DNA of 64,000 bases from Azolla caroliniana (Eukaryota; Plantae; Polypodiophyta): assembly GCA_043228905.1 (NCBI GenBank), contig JBHGNT010000013.1, forward strand, positions 7,192,001 to 7,256,000, written 5' to 3'. The notes under the pieces are model-generated. The model saw only the letters and a list, made by a program, of their open reading frames with translations. It was not told the origin of the DNA and did not search any database. Of this stretch, positions 24,030 to 37,715 are shown in pieces. Numbering within the stretch: the stretch's first letter is position 1; every line of letters begins with the position of its first letter. Made by a program: the position numbers and the translations under genes.

Positions 24030-27000
24030 ACTCACTCACTCTTTCCTTCTCTCGAGAGTTCTACACCTCCCTTAGTACTAATCCTCATCTTTTAGCACTA
24101 ATTCATTCTCTGTCTTAGTATTGTTCCTAACAGTACTTCTCTATCTTAGTATTGCTCCTAACATCGGATCGGCAAATCCAACCGATGACAAAGGCTACAC
24201 CGACTCGGACTATGCCGAGAATCCAGATAATCGGAAGTCAACATCAGGTTACGTTTTCACCTATGGAGGGGGCGCCGTATCATCGAGGTCGAAGTTGCAA
24301 GAGTGCAAGGCTCTGTCTACCATAGAGGCCGAGTACATAACAGCATCAAAGGCTCCATAGGAAGCCATCTGGTTGCACCAACAGTAAGTCGACTTCTCAA
24401 CGATGAATAAAATTGGCCATCCAGTGCCAACCATCTATTGCGACTCACGGAGTGCAATACACCACATTCGGGACCCAGACTATCATGCAAAGACGAAACA
24501 TATTGAGGTGTGATTCCATCATATCCAGGAGCTTGTAATAGAAAAGAAGCTCGAAGTCAGGAAGATCGACACTGAGGTGAACATCGTTGATTGCTTGACA
24601 AAGCCACTCCCGAAACAACGCTTCAAAGCACTAAGGACAAAGATGGGACTACGACAAGCTACCGAAATGAAGAGCGTTGAGCGAGCAGAAGGTAAGTCGA
24701 AGACCGAGTCGACAAGGCAAAATCAAAAGAATCAGAACGCTAAGAGGCTGAAGATGTAGCACTAAGTGAGGACGTCAACTAGAGAGGAAACAATTGAGGC
24801 ACCTATCATTCCTTCTATCCAATCACATTAGTCCCCTTTTTAACATTAGTGAACATACCCTTCCCTTATGTAAATATTAGTGACCTAACCTCACATACGT
24901 TATGTGAACATAACACTCTCCTACTTGAAAAGATTGCACTCTTGAAATATAAAGTGTGGAAATTGTGCCTTAAGAGTATGCTCGCGTTCCCATGTGGCAT
25001 CATCAATAGGTTTATCCATCCATTTGATCTTGAATAGCCGAATCTCTTTGGAATATAAACGTTTAGTACGAGAATCAAGAATTCGTTCAGGAACATGAGG
25101 TTTGTAAGAAAAATCCTCTAATGTTACAAGATCTAGGATTGTGATGGTGTTATCACCGAAGCCTAAAAATGGTTTTAAACAACTGACGTGAAAGACGGCT
25201 AACTTAGCGCACTTGCCCGTAGAAATGATGTAGAGTCAGTAGGGACACGGAAAAAAACTTTTTGACCAATAGTAAATGCACGAGGACGTCTATCCTGACC
25301 AACATAAAATTGAGCACTATCTTTAGCTGTCTCGACATTTTCTTTGGCAATATGCAACATTTGGTTCATGTCTTGCAAAACATTGTGTGTGTTGTCTAAT
25401 GTATCATGATGAATCGTGACATCAACTGGGGGCACGTGGCTGGAAACCATACATCAACATAAAAGGACTATATCTATGTTTAGAGCTATTATAGGCAAAT
25501 TCTAAGATAGGAAGGTATTGCTCCCATTTACGAGGGGTTTTTGCTACATAAGCTCGAAGCATGTCCTCAATAATTTGATTAACTCCTTCAATTTTTCCAT
25601 CAGACTGAGGATGATCTACGGAACTCATGCTCAATGTAGTGTCTAGTTTCTTAAAGACATGAGTCCAAAAGTCACTAGTAAACTTGGAATCTCAATCACT
25701 AACAATATCCATCGGTAATCCATAAAAATGAAATAACTCATGAACAAATTGATAAGACAATTGTTGAACAGTTACCGCGGTTTTGGTAGGAATAAATCTA
25801 GCCAATTTTGTTTGTCAGTCAACGACAACCCAAATGGCATCATGACCCCTCTACGTATGAGGAAACTAACAATAAAATACATCGTGGTACTTTCCCATTT
25901 GTTGTTGGGAATATCTAAGGGATGTAAAAGACCAGCAACTTTAAGTCGTTCTGACTTATTAATCTGCCATTGTAAGCATTGAGTTACGTATTTATGCACA
26001 TCAGAGCACATCTTAGGCCAGAAAAAAGTACTCAAGATGAGAACGAGTCTGCGTTGTATTCCAGGATTGTCAACAGATGGTGCATCATGAAATTCATGAA
26101 GAATTTTCTATTTTACGTTTGGTAAAGCTGGAACACAGACCTTTCCACTATGGTATAGCAAATGATTTGTAATGTGAAAGCTCACCTTCGAGAGTAGGGT
26201 GCTAGTAATGGCCTCAAAACCAGATTCGGCTTTCGTCCCGTATTTCGAGAAATAACTGTCATCAAGGTATTTCCCTCGAAGGTGATCTAAAAGATCGGAT
26301 TTTATTTTCGTGAAGCTAAGCATGTTAACTTCTTTAATGCGACTAAGAACATCCGCAACGATGTTCATAGTGTTGGGAATTCGGCCCCTCTGGATGGGAT
26401 CCAGATAAGATCCAAAAACTGGATGTCATGGATCCGACAACTATCCGGATAGATCCAGTGTGAACCAGATCCAGGGACATATCTGTAAATATGTTTTCAA
26501 TGTGCATGTCATGGCCATATTTGTAAATAGTCCTAAAGTCATATAAGTATAAATATGACCTAGGGTAATCACATTATGTGTTGTAGTTGTTATTATCGTT
26601 GTATAGTGATAGATAGTGCGATAGAGAAATAGAAAGTATTTTTCTGTTGTAACCGCCTGTTGGCAAAGACACAGAGCTTGGGGTCATTGCCTCCGAGTCT
26701 CCCATTGTATTCTTCCTCTCATAGTGATAGTTGGAGTCTGTGGGCTCCTGTGGTTTTTCCCGATTAGGTTTTTCCATGTTTAACATATTGTGTCGGTCTT
26801 ATTTCTAATTTCGGTTCGTTTCCTCCATTGAGTGGGTAAGACTCGGTTGTGGCCGAGCATTATTCTCTACAAACTGGTATCAGAGCATGGAAGATCCATT
26901 CAACGACATGTTCAAGCTCACCGGCTCCAACTACCTAGTGTGGAAGTCGAAGATGAGGGACATCTTCGTGGTCAAAGATCTTTGGCTGCCGGTATAGTTC

Positions 27001-28244
27001 AGAGACAAAAGACCAGATAAAATTGATGTCGTGAACTGAGAGGTGATGCACATGAAGACGAAGGCATACATTCGATGCTTCATCAACATGAGCCTGTATA
27101 AAAACTGTAATGAAGAGAGTAAGGCTCATGTGCTCTGGGAGAAAATCGATACTATGTTGGAGAGCAAAAATGTTGTGAATCGGGTCTCAGTATTCTGGAA
27201 GTTAGTGAGACTCTAATACCAAGATGGATCCAGCATGGTGGAGCACATGAATGCCTTCCAAGGGCTGATAAACCAAACAACCTCGTTGGAAGTACCTCTA
27301 GCCGACGAGGTACTTGCATTGCTCCTGCTCGGTTCCCTCTCGAATAGCTGGGAGACGTTGGTTGTCACTTTGGGCAACACCGAGCCGGAAGGAAAACAAT
27401 TGTCCCTAGCAAAGGTAAAATCAAGCTTGCTGGATGAAGAAGCTCGCCAGAAGGACTGGGAGTCCGGAACCGATTTGAAGACCTTGGTTACAAAAGACAA
27501 CCATAACCGGGGAAGAGGTTGGAATCGGAATCACCAGAACTGGGACAAATCAGGGATGAGGTCGAAGTCAAGGGGGGCCCACTTGCTTTTATTGTAGAAA
27601 GTCAGGCCACTTCCAGAAAAATTGTCGATGCTTTCGGAAGGAAAAAGGAGGAACCGACATTCCGAAACCAAAGAAGATTTTGGAAAGGCGAGGAACGTTG
27701 GCAATCGTGACAAGTGAAGAAGAGTTGTTGCTCATCACCAAGGAAAACGAGTTACGTCTTGTCAGTGACGAAACGACGTGGATGGTCGACTCTGGTGCTC
27801 GTTCCATCTGACCCCCGACCAGAAGTGGTTCTCATCTTACAGAGCTGGAGATCACAGTTCTATTTGGATGGGAAATGAAGGGGCATGTCGAATTGTCGGC
27901 ATAGGAGACATGTGGTTGACGACATCAATCGGGTGCAAGTTGCTGTTGAAAAATGTCTGACACGTTCCTGAGGTTCGGTTGAACCTGATATCAGTCGGTT
28001 GGCTAGATGATGAAGGCTACATGGGTAGTATCTGGAATCACCAAACTAGGGATTCCTAAATGATGAAGTTCAAAAGATGTAAACCACTCCCTTTGTTGAG
28101 TCACAATGAATAATACACCTAAATCAAATTGAAGAGTTTACATTGAATCGGTTGATTGATCTATTCAACAGTTCGACCCACAAGTCGACAGTCCAGTTAG
28201 TTCGAATAGCTGACTCCTATGTCGACTATCCAATCAGCCCGACT

Positions 28245-30200
28245 AGCCGAGTATTGTAGAGTGGGGGCGTGATAGTCTGAGGAGCCCTGATATCCCATGT
28301 AGGAAGAAAACTCTCGGATCAATACAAGTGCAAATAATTGTGAATGGGGCATCTACGTACATGGCCATGACCGGAGTAATGAAGAAAGAATTTTGGAAGT
28401 TGCAAGATGAGCTATGGTCTACATCAATCATAAAAGAAGACGAAGAAATCACGGCAGTAGTCGAAGAAGTGTTTTATGGGAGCACGCTACAATGACTTGA
28501 AGAGCTTGCGGAAGACGATAGCCACAGAGACTGGGTAGTTCTGGTACGAGATCATTACGGAAATGGGGTCGGATGCACTCTGCAAAGAAGAAGCAATGGT
28601 TTGTACGAAATATAAGACCGTGGAAAAGAAGGTGTTCAACCATCTACGGGACCATTACCCACCAATAGTGAACAAAAGAGGAAAGAAGTCTCAAGAGATC
28701 CGACACTTTGGAAGTCCATGGATATTGGACATACATTTACGGATGAGACTTGGAAGAAACTCTGAATCGGTGGAGGTGGGTTCCTCTTATCAAATGAAGA
28801 AGAACGATTCCATGAGATGTTGGAGCAGCATGACAAAGCATTTGCTTCCACATCAAAAGAGATAGGGTGCGTTGATCCGAAGATAGTGGAGCCGATGGTG
28901 GTCTTCACGATTGAACATGTGTTGTGGAACCTGAAGCCGATTCCGATGCCACAGGCGCATATTTTGAAAATCGTTGACTTGCTCAAGGAGAAGGTGACGA
29001 GGATTCTAGAACCATCAAATGCTCCGTACTCAAATCGGTGGTAAATACAGTTCCAAAGAAGAACATATCGCTACAGTGTTGCAGATATCCACGCGTATGT
29101 GTCGGATCGGAGCAGGACCATCGGGGACTTGAACCAAGGAAAGACGAATACGGAGGGACCAAACATCGCCGATAGCAATCGCTCCGGCTAGGACACCAAC
29201 TAGGTCATCCTTCTCAACCGCGCCGGATGCAATCGATCGAGAGAGAAAGAGACACACATGCGCGCACACACTCACACACACCTCGTTCACAGAAACCGAA
29301 AAGCAGAGGACACCTCCGACACAAAGAGAGAGTGTTATGGACAACAAATATACATGAGCAATATATTAGATTACAACGAATGTCTGTAGGCAAGCCTCCA
29401 GTCGGGGAGCACTCGGGCTCTGTTGTGAGTGGAAGCCTTGCGTAGAAGGCACAATAGAAACAGGGACCCTTGGAGCTTATGAGCTCCAACCGAACTAAAT
29501 CCTAAACACACCAAAAACGGAACCCCCACCCAAACCCTAACAGAAAACAAATCGAAGACCTAAATTGATTCGGTGAACTCTACAAAATGGTGAGAGACCA
29601 AAACTGGGGACAAAACCTAAAATGGGGGGGACCCCTAAAGAAGAGCCCCTCACCCCCTTTTATAGTCCAAGGAGGGAGGGACATTACAATGTGGCAAGCG
29701 AAAATATTTCCCTCCTTTTTAGAGGAGGATATTTGCCTTGATTCTAGGGGGTGTTACATTAACTCTGTTCTAACTTCCACCCCACTTCCTACTACCTAAC
29801 GTGTGATGTACACTAAAGTACTCATCACACGTACCTCTCACTAACTACTTAGTGCACTTCAACACCTTATAGTCCCGTTTCCTTTCTCATAAATATTTAC
29901 ATTTTCTCGATGTTGATGTGCAGACGTTGCACATCACCGTTTTATTCGCTCCCACCTGGTTTTCTCACCGTTGCTGGAAATTCTCACAACAACGGTTCAT
30001 CCAGGACTTGCAACTAGTGAACAAGGTCACAATCCAGAATGTTGGGGTTCGACCAATAGTCGATGAATTGGCGAAGGCATTTGCCGGTCGGGCCATATAC
30101 TCGATCGAAGACCTATACTTCCGGGTATGACCAATTCCAATTAGCTGTGGATAGTCGGGATATCACTACAATGCGAACACCGATAGGATTAGTCCAAATA
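28245..30200 (+). mobile_element. Phygy-like Ty3 pol fragment (RT N-terminus), interrupted by a solo LTR
   Basis: PMVVFTIEHVLWNLKPIP..PSNAPYSNRW / FIQDLQLVNKVTIQN. Confidence 0.82.
29077..29991 (-). mobile_element. Solo LTR, Phygy-like lineage; 4-bp TSD ACAG/ACGG
   Basis: tgttg...caaca; removing it with one TSD restores KKNISLRFIQDL. Confidence 0.85.
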
Positions 30201-30204
30201 CGTA

Positions 30205-30485
30205 GGCACCTACCTCGAGCTCTTCTTATTCGCCTGTAGGCGGTTACAATGGAGATGCTACGCTTCTCTTGCGCTCTCTCTCACTCTCTCTATCACACAG
30301 TTCCAGAATCAAAACTCTACTTTTACTACATAAAGTTTTGCCCTAGTTATCTTTATACTTACAAAACTTAGGACTATTTACAAATCTAGCCTAAATAGGC
30401 GTAGCACAAAGAGAAACCTATTTACATATGTGTCCTTTTTCGGATACCTATCCAGATTTGATCCGGACGCTGATACGGATCCGTT
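30205..30485 (-). repeat. LTR fragment of the Tork-like copia family
   Basis: Similar to 20757-21010 (gcggttaca..., gccctag..tttatac). Confidence 0.65.
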
Positions 30486-33109
30486 CTTTCTCTTCCTCCG
30501 AATTCCACCATGGCAAGGAAACCCACCCAATCCTCTTGTTGGTAGCTTATTGTACACCAGAGGTATTGTTCGAGGATTTGGTTGACTCTTTTGGTTTGGC
30601 CATCAGTTTGAGGGTGGTACGCTATTGACAAGTTCACAGAAGTCCCAAATGTTTGCAAAAGTCGTCGCTAGGAGTGGGAAATAAATTGAGGACCTCAATC
30701 AGAGGGAGAGATCACGATGGACATCTTGTAAAGTGTGGGCACGCATCTCTACCAACGGATTGACGAAAATCGCAGGAATGGAAATGCTGAAACGAGGGTG
30801 GAACCCATAGTTTGCAAAGAATGAGGAAACATCAATGGAGGCATGGATACAATTATTGTAGGCAAATTCCACCATCGCAAGGAAGCCCACCCAATCCTCT
30901 TGTCGGTAGCTTATTGTACACCGGAGGTATTGTTAAAGGATTTGGTTGACTCTTTCGGTTTGGTCATCAATTTGAGTGTGGTATGTTGTTGACAAGTTCA
31001 CAGAAGTCCCAAATGTTTGCAGAAGTTGTCGCCAGGAGTGGGAAATAAATTGAGGACCTCGATCAGAGGTGACATCCTCGGGTAAGCCATGTCAACGAAC
31101 GACATTTTTTAGAAAAAGATCCATCGTCTCCTCCCCGAAATGGTTTTTGAGCATGGGACAAAGTGAGCCATCTTTGAAAACCGATCAATGATCACTAGCA
31201 CTGTGTCATAGCCACCGACGTGAGGGAGGTTCGTTATAAATTCCATCGAGAGAGAGGCCCATGGTCGACTAGGAAGTGGAAGCGGGTGGAGAAGGCCGTA
31301 TCGACGATGGTGAGCCGCTTTGGAGTGGGCACATACATCACACATCTTGATAAATTCTTTGACAAATTTCTAAGGTTGGGGCCACCAAAACCCCCGAGAT
31401 AACAACTCCAATATGTTCGCGACCCCAAAGTGGCCGACAAGAGGATCATCGTTGCAATTTTGTAGGACTCAAGTGCGACATGCTGCAACTAGTACGTAAA
31501 GGAGGTGATTACGATAGAGTAGCCCATCCCGAGTTGTAAAGTGACTGAGGTCCGTGCTTTGCATTCCCTAGGATGGGTTGTTGATGTGCGCTAGGATGTT
31601 GGTAGCAAATGGCTCTAACATGGTGGCCTGGGCGATTTCGTTGAGCAAGGAATCATCATGCAACATGTAGGTTGCAAACATTGTTGTGAAGATTTTCGGC
31701 AATGGTGTGAAAATCACATAAGATGTACGAAATCAAGTGTCAATCATATAAAATAATAATAGTGAATATACTAATTCTAAGTAAGTTTAATATCTTAGTA
31801 CAAAAGACGAAGATCTTGAAGAGATCCACTTTACTACATAAGAAACGGACATCTAAGTGTCAACTTATGTGGGTAAGAAGTTGCGAAAGAAAAAGAGAAA
31901 ATACGGACATCTTTGTATCTATGTGTGGAGCATAGAGAGTTCAAGGTAACTTTAACTAAGAGTGGAGGTAGCCTAGCCACTCGTAAAGGTTTTGCCCAAC
32001 CAAAACGGAACTCAACGGTAACCGGCATCCAACGGAGCCAGCGAGGCGGCGATATCTGGCATCCGGCGGCAATGGCATTCGGCGACCAAATTAATAAATA
32101 TATATATATATCACATATATATACAAGGAGGGCAAGTAAGGATTTGAACCTTGCACCTCCTAGTTACGAGTCAATAGGCTTACCACTAAGCCATGACATT
32201 TAGTTGAATTTATATTTCTATCATTGTACTTTTACATGTAAATTCACATACATGAGAGCTAAAATGAGTGACATGGTTATCATGCACCACATGTAATACA
32301 TGAGCGTCAAATGGCAAACATGCATTTTATGCATGTCTTGTACCCTCTCATGCATCATATGCATGAGAGCATCTATAAAAGAAGGGATGAAAAAGAAGAA
32401 GGGTTAGGTTTTTTTGGTTATGAAATTAAGAAGAAGAAAATTCGTTATTGAATATGAGAAGAAGGGAAAAGTTACTTCGAACGAAGTAGAGCTTGTGGAT
32501 CGAAGTGTACAAAGTATAACCGGATGGTCGGATCCGGTGGACGACAACACCATCCTCGCGGAGGTTATGTGCGACAACCACGAGGTGTTCGTCGAAGAAA
32601 AGAGAAAAAGAATAGAAGAGCAAGGCCCATCAAAAAGACATGAAACAAGGAACGCGAAAAAGAAGGACGATGTGGAGACGAGTCGACCTTCACAAACAGA
32701 GGAACGAGAATCAAGCCGAAAAGGGGAGCCGAGCATAGGAGTTGAAGAAACGGTTCTGCCTGTGAAGGTTGGTGTGGAAGACCCCGCTCGGAGGACAAGG
32801 GCTATGCCTACCTATAAGCTAAGGTCGGACAAAGAGCAGATGACGGACCTAAAGAAGATTTTCAAAGAACGTGTTCTTGATAGCCACGTAACTTTGTCCT
32901 AGAGGGAATTGCTTGGCATTACGAAGGAGTTCCATGACATGATCATGGACCTTGTAAAAAGAAAAACACAACAATCGGAAGAGGAAGAAGAGAAGCTGCA
33001 AACAACAAAAACAAATGCCATAACGATGGCAAGAGAGGAAGTCATTGAAGATATGGTGGACAGCCACTATACTCGAGCTCATTGGGCATGAGCGACAACG
33101 GAGACACCG

Positions 33110-36100
33110 GTGAAGATCGGGGAGAAGAAAGAGACTGTGGTAGCCTTGATCGACCACGGCTCGGAGATCAACCTCATGTCAACCAACTTCTACAAAAAAG
33201 GAAGATGGCCAATCAATACAAACCATAGATGGAAGATTCGCGCGACAACAAAGTCTACAGAGGACTTGTACGGAGCTTGTCCCAATGTGAAAGTCACGAT
33301 CGGGGATGTGGAGATGGATCAACACTTCTTCGTGCAAGAATCGGTGTAGCATCCTTTCATCCTAGAACAACCGTATATCATATCATCTCAGATGGAGACC
33401 AAAGTGTTCGATAATGGAGCAGCCTTCGCACGAATAAAGAGTCTTGACAACCAAAGATTGGTCCAATTCCTAACGGTGCGAGCCAATCATGAAAGGAATC
33501 AAGATAGTCTCGGAGGCGAATCCTCGGATTTTTAGAGAGGACTATTGAAGCATGGGGCACAAATAGTCCGAGCAATCACAAGACCCCACAAGAAAGAAGA
33601 GTGTGTGGATTGCGAGGAGAAGCAACATGTGTCACACCTAGTGGCGCATGTAGACTAGTACTACCCAACAAGAAGGACAAGCGTCGGATACAAGAATTCG
33701 AGAAGATGCTGAAAGAAGAAAACATAATAGAAGAAGGAGAGTTTGTGACTCATATTATTGAAGAAGCCTCATTTAACGACACCATCGGCGAAATCGAGGA
33801 AGTCGTGGACTTGAGCTATCTTCACGATCATTACGTGATTTCAATTAACTCTGTCAACATGTATGCTACCATCGATGAATACCGTCGTGGTATCTCGATG
33901 AAGGAAGCTGACATCAACACGAAATATAAAACGGTGGATAAGAAGATCAAGCCAGTTGCGGTTCCGCTACCGGAAGATAGCTGGCAAAAGATGAAGGAAG
34001 TCGCTAACGATCCAAGTTTAAGAGATCTGAAGACGATAGGTCATGCTACGAGTTTGAAAGGAGGATTTCCTTCTCCCTGAAGAGGAGCGAAGGTTTCGCA
34101 ATATCCTTGAGAGACATGGGAAGGCTTTCGCATTCTTCCCACGAGAAATCGGATGTGCCAACCCAAAGGTTAGAGAGCCAATGGTGATCTTCACGGTGCC
34201 TCATGTGCCTTGGAATTTGAAACCGATACCGGAGCCGAGAGCACACCTTCCGAAGTTGATCGAGCTCTTAAAGGAGAAGGTGAGTATGGGAATTCTAGAA
34301 CCGTCGAATGCTCCTTATTCCAATAGGTGTTTCACGGTGCCAAAGAAGAATGGATCATTGCGATTCATCCAAGATCTTCAACCCATCAATAAGATGACAA
34401 TTCGAAATGCCGGAATCGGTCTGAGCATGGACAAATTTGCTGAAGTGTTTGCGGGCCAGTCCATCTACTCCATTGGCGATCTCTACTCCGGATATGACCA
34501 ATTCCAATTGGCGATCGACAGTCGGGACATTACAACCATGAAGACTCCTATCGGGCTTGTGCGGATGTGTATCTTACCCCAAGGCGCAACGAACTCAGTG
34601 GCTCATATGGTGAATGCCATGAATAAAGTCTTGAAGGATTGCATCTCAGACATCACGATGCCATTCTTGGATGATATTCCGATAAAAGGATATTCGGATG
34701 AGGCGAAAGATGAATCGAAAGATAAGGAAGGTTGTAGAAAGTTCGTTGCAGATCATATGAAAGATTGCGAGAAGGTGCTTCAAAGGCTCGAAGATGCGAA
34801 TTTGACATTTTCGGGAGAAAAATCTGCATTCGGGCAACCAGAGATCTTGGTGGTAGGTCACTTGTGTGGGGCATACGGCCGGAAGCCTTCACCATACAAA
34901 GTGAACGCGATCCAAGACATGAAAGAAGAATGCGAAAACCAGACGGAGGTTAGAAGGTTCCTTGGAGCATGTGCATTTTATCATATATGGATTCCGCACT
35001 ACGCTCATGTCGCCAAACCGTTATATGGGTTGCTAAAGAAAAGAATGAAGTTCGAATGGTGAGACGAGCACACGAACGCAATGCGAAGATTGAAGAAACT
35101 ACTTCTTGAAGCTCTAGCACTAAGAAAAGCTAACTATACCGAAGGAAAGCCGATTTATGTGACTGTAGATACGAGCCCAACCGGAATTGGGTGGGTCATC
35201 AACCAAGAAGGAGAAGATAATGCGCGGTATGCCATCCGGTTTGGAGCAAAGGTTCTTAGAAAGAGACAACAAAGATACACCCAAGTCAAGCGGGAACTTT
35301 GGGGTATTGTGTCGGCACTGAAGACGGACAAAGACTACCTGATCGGGTTGGAAGTAATAATTGAGACAGATTGTCTCCCAATCCTCGGGATGATCTCAGG
35401 ATGTGCAACACCAGATCTAGCTATGCTAAGGTGGATCGCCTATATTAAGTCTTTAAACCCAGAGATCCGCCATATTGCAAGGAAGAAAAACGCCATGGCT
35501 GACATGCTGTCGAGGGCAAGATTTGAGAATGAAGGTGACATGGTTTCGGAAGATGAAGACGTCACCCTCGACTTCTTCAAGATGGCTCCACTATCGGCGG
35601 AAGACAAGGGCACGCTAACCCTCCACACCTTCAACGAGGACGAGTACGAAGGGGAGTGGTTACTAATCGGCAAATTCCTAAGAACGATGACGACAGATGC
35701 TTCGTTGACGAAGGAGGAGGCCCTACGAATCCGGAAGAAAGCCTACCAATACTTCTTGAAGGGAGGATTCCTTTGGCGACACCCAAAAAGAAGGACAGGA
35801 ATACCACGTCGAGTGGTGGTGAAGAAAGAAGAGCAAGTGACGCTAATGACCAAATTCCACGAGAGTGCTTGGGCAGGTCATAGAGGAGCATGGGCGACGT
35901 TCGAGAAGATGAAGGAGAAGTACTGGTGGCCAAGCATGTACAAAGATGTACGTCATTTCGTGTCCACATGCGAAACATGCCAAGTACATTCGAATATACG
36001 TCATCGTGATGAGCTACAACCGACATACCCACTCACCATACACTTCAAATGGATGGTGGATCTGGTCTCAATGCCAATGGGAGTGGGACAAATGAAGTAC

Positions 36101-36992
36101 TTAGCTCTGGCAAGAGAAGACTTGACAAATCAAGTGGAAGGATGGGCCTTGACAAATAAAACAACGTCGGCTGTTTGCAAATTTCTACTCGAAGAAGTTG
36201 TCTGTCGATACGGATGTGTGGGAAAGATAGTTGCCGACCGAGGAGAGTTGGATGCACACGAAGCGACGGAGCTCTTTGAACGACTAGGCGTGAAGCTCTC
36301 CCTCACGACTGCCTACAATCCAGAAGCGAATGGGAAGATCGGGCGAGGGCATGGACCTATCATTAAAGCCATCGTACGGGCATGCAACGGTCGAGTAGGG
36401 AATTGGCCACGATTATTGCCCTATGCCTTGTGGGCCAACAGAACAACACATAGCTCGGTGACGGGGTATATGCCAACGGAGCTTATGTATGGACAAAAGC
36501 CGGTAATGCCCATCGAAAGGATGATCGTCTCATGGGTAGCGATACAATGGGAGAACGAGATGAGCCGAGAAGAGTTATTAGCAACATGGATAAGGCAACT
36601 TGAAAGGAGACCTGAAGATCTAGAAAAAGCGCGAAAGATGTTGGAGGCAGCCCGAGTGAAGAACAAAATTCGGTTCGACAAGACACATCAACTACGTCCC
36701 AAGAAGATCGAAGAAGGAGATTGGGTATTGGTCTACAACAATAGCCTTGACAATCAACACACTACAACAAGAAAGTTCACAAGAAGATGGTTCGGGCCGT
36801 ATGTGGTGACAAGTGCCCACAATCATGCCACATACCACCTTGCGGAGCTAGACGGATCAAGGTTAGCCCTACCCATTGCAGGAAAAGAGTAAAGATTTTC
36901 AAGAAAAGACAAGACAAGGATCCTGACCCCGATCACCTCGATGATGAACATAATAGGGCGGATGTAAATGAAGACATGGAGGAATCTGATTG
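33110..36992 (+). pseudogene. pol: protease-RT-RNase H-integrase with a few stops and frameshifts
   Basis: IDHGSEIN; RT FLDDIPIKG (34181-35062); RH VDTS and INT HHCC/DDE, WFGPY (35081-36892). Confidence 0.92.
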
Positions 36993-37661
36993 ATCACCGT
37001 AGCCGAAATCTCACTTTCTCTCTTCTTGGCACGTACCGGAGGACGTGCGGTTTGGTGGGGGTGGATGTTGTGAAGATTTTCGGCAATGGTGTGAAAATCA
37101 CATAAGACGTACAAAATCAAGTGTCAATCATATAAAACAATAATAGTGAATATACTAATTCTAAGTAAGTTTAATATCTTAGTACAAAAGACGAAGATCT
37201 TGAAGAGATCCACTTTACTACATAAGAAACAGACATCTAAGTGTCAACTTATGTGGGTAAGAAGTTGCGAAAGAAAAAGAGAAAATTGTGAGATATCCCA
37301 CATAGATAGGACGAATAAGGCTCTCATCATATATGAGGTAGAGCAAAAGTTATTATCTTTGTATCTATGTGTGGAGCATAGAGAGTTTAAGGTAACTTTA
37401 ACTAAGAGTGGAGGTGGCCTAGCCACTCGTAAAGGTTTTGGCCAACCAAAACGGAACTCGACGGTAAACGGCGATCGGTGATCCGGCGGAGCCAGCGAGG
37501 CGGCGGCGGATCTAGCGATATCGACATCCGACAGAGCCAACAAGGCGGCAATATCGTCATCCAACGGGCCGACGACCGGCGATATCTGGCATCCGGCAGC
37601 AACGGCATTCGGCGACCAAATTAATAAATATATATATATATATCACATATATATACAAGGA

Positions 37662-37715
37662 GGATTCGAACCTTGCACCTCCTAGTTAAGAGTCAATAGG
37701 CTTACCACTAAGCCA
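37662..37715 (-). promoter_or_regulatory. tRNA-derived Pol III A box (TGGCTTAGTGG) and B box (GGTTCGAATCC) inside the LTR
   Basis: Consensus boxes at tRNA spacing with a CTCTTAAC anticodon-like loop; homologues at 32140-32193 and 3976-4032. Confidence 0.72.

Larger units (their letters stand above)
18483..24163 (+). mobile_element. Tcn1-like chromovirus Ty3/gypsy with both LTRs (18483-18983, 23703-24163); TSD TCGGA
   Basis: TCGGA at 18478-18482 and 24164-24168; gag 19079-20141 (CLYCGGPGHIAVNC), RT 21244-22014, INT, chromodomain EYEVAAILDS..YLVDWLGY ~23480-23650, PPT aaggggggatag; deletions in RT and RH. Confidence 0.95.
6960..24760 (+). mobile_element. Old Ty1/copia pol (GAG-pre-INT, INT, RT, RNase H) split by two nested Ty3 insertions
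   Basis: [35 protein letters not shown] (8523-8675), RT resumes at 17580 and 18249 (IPYASAIG), RNase H 24170-24760 (GYTDSDYA..RKSTSGY). Confidence 0.85.
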
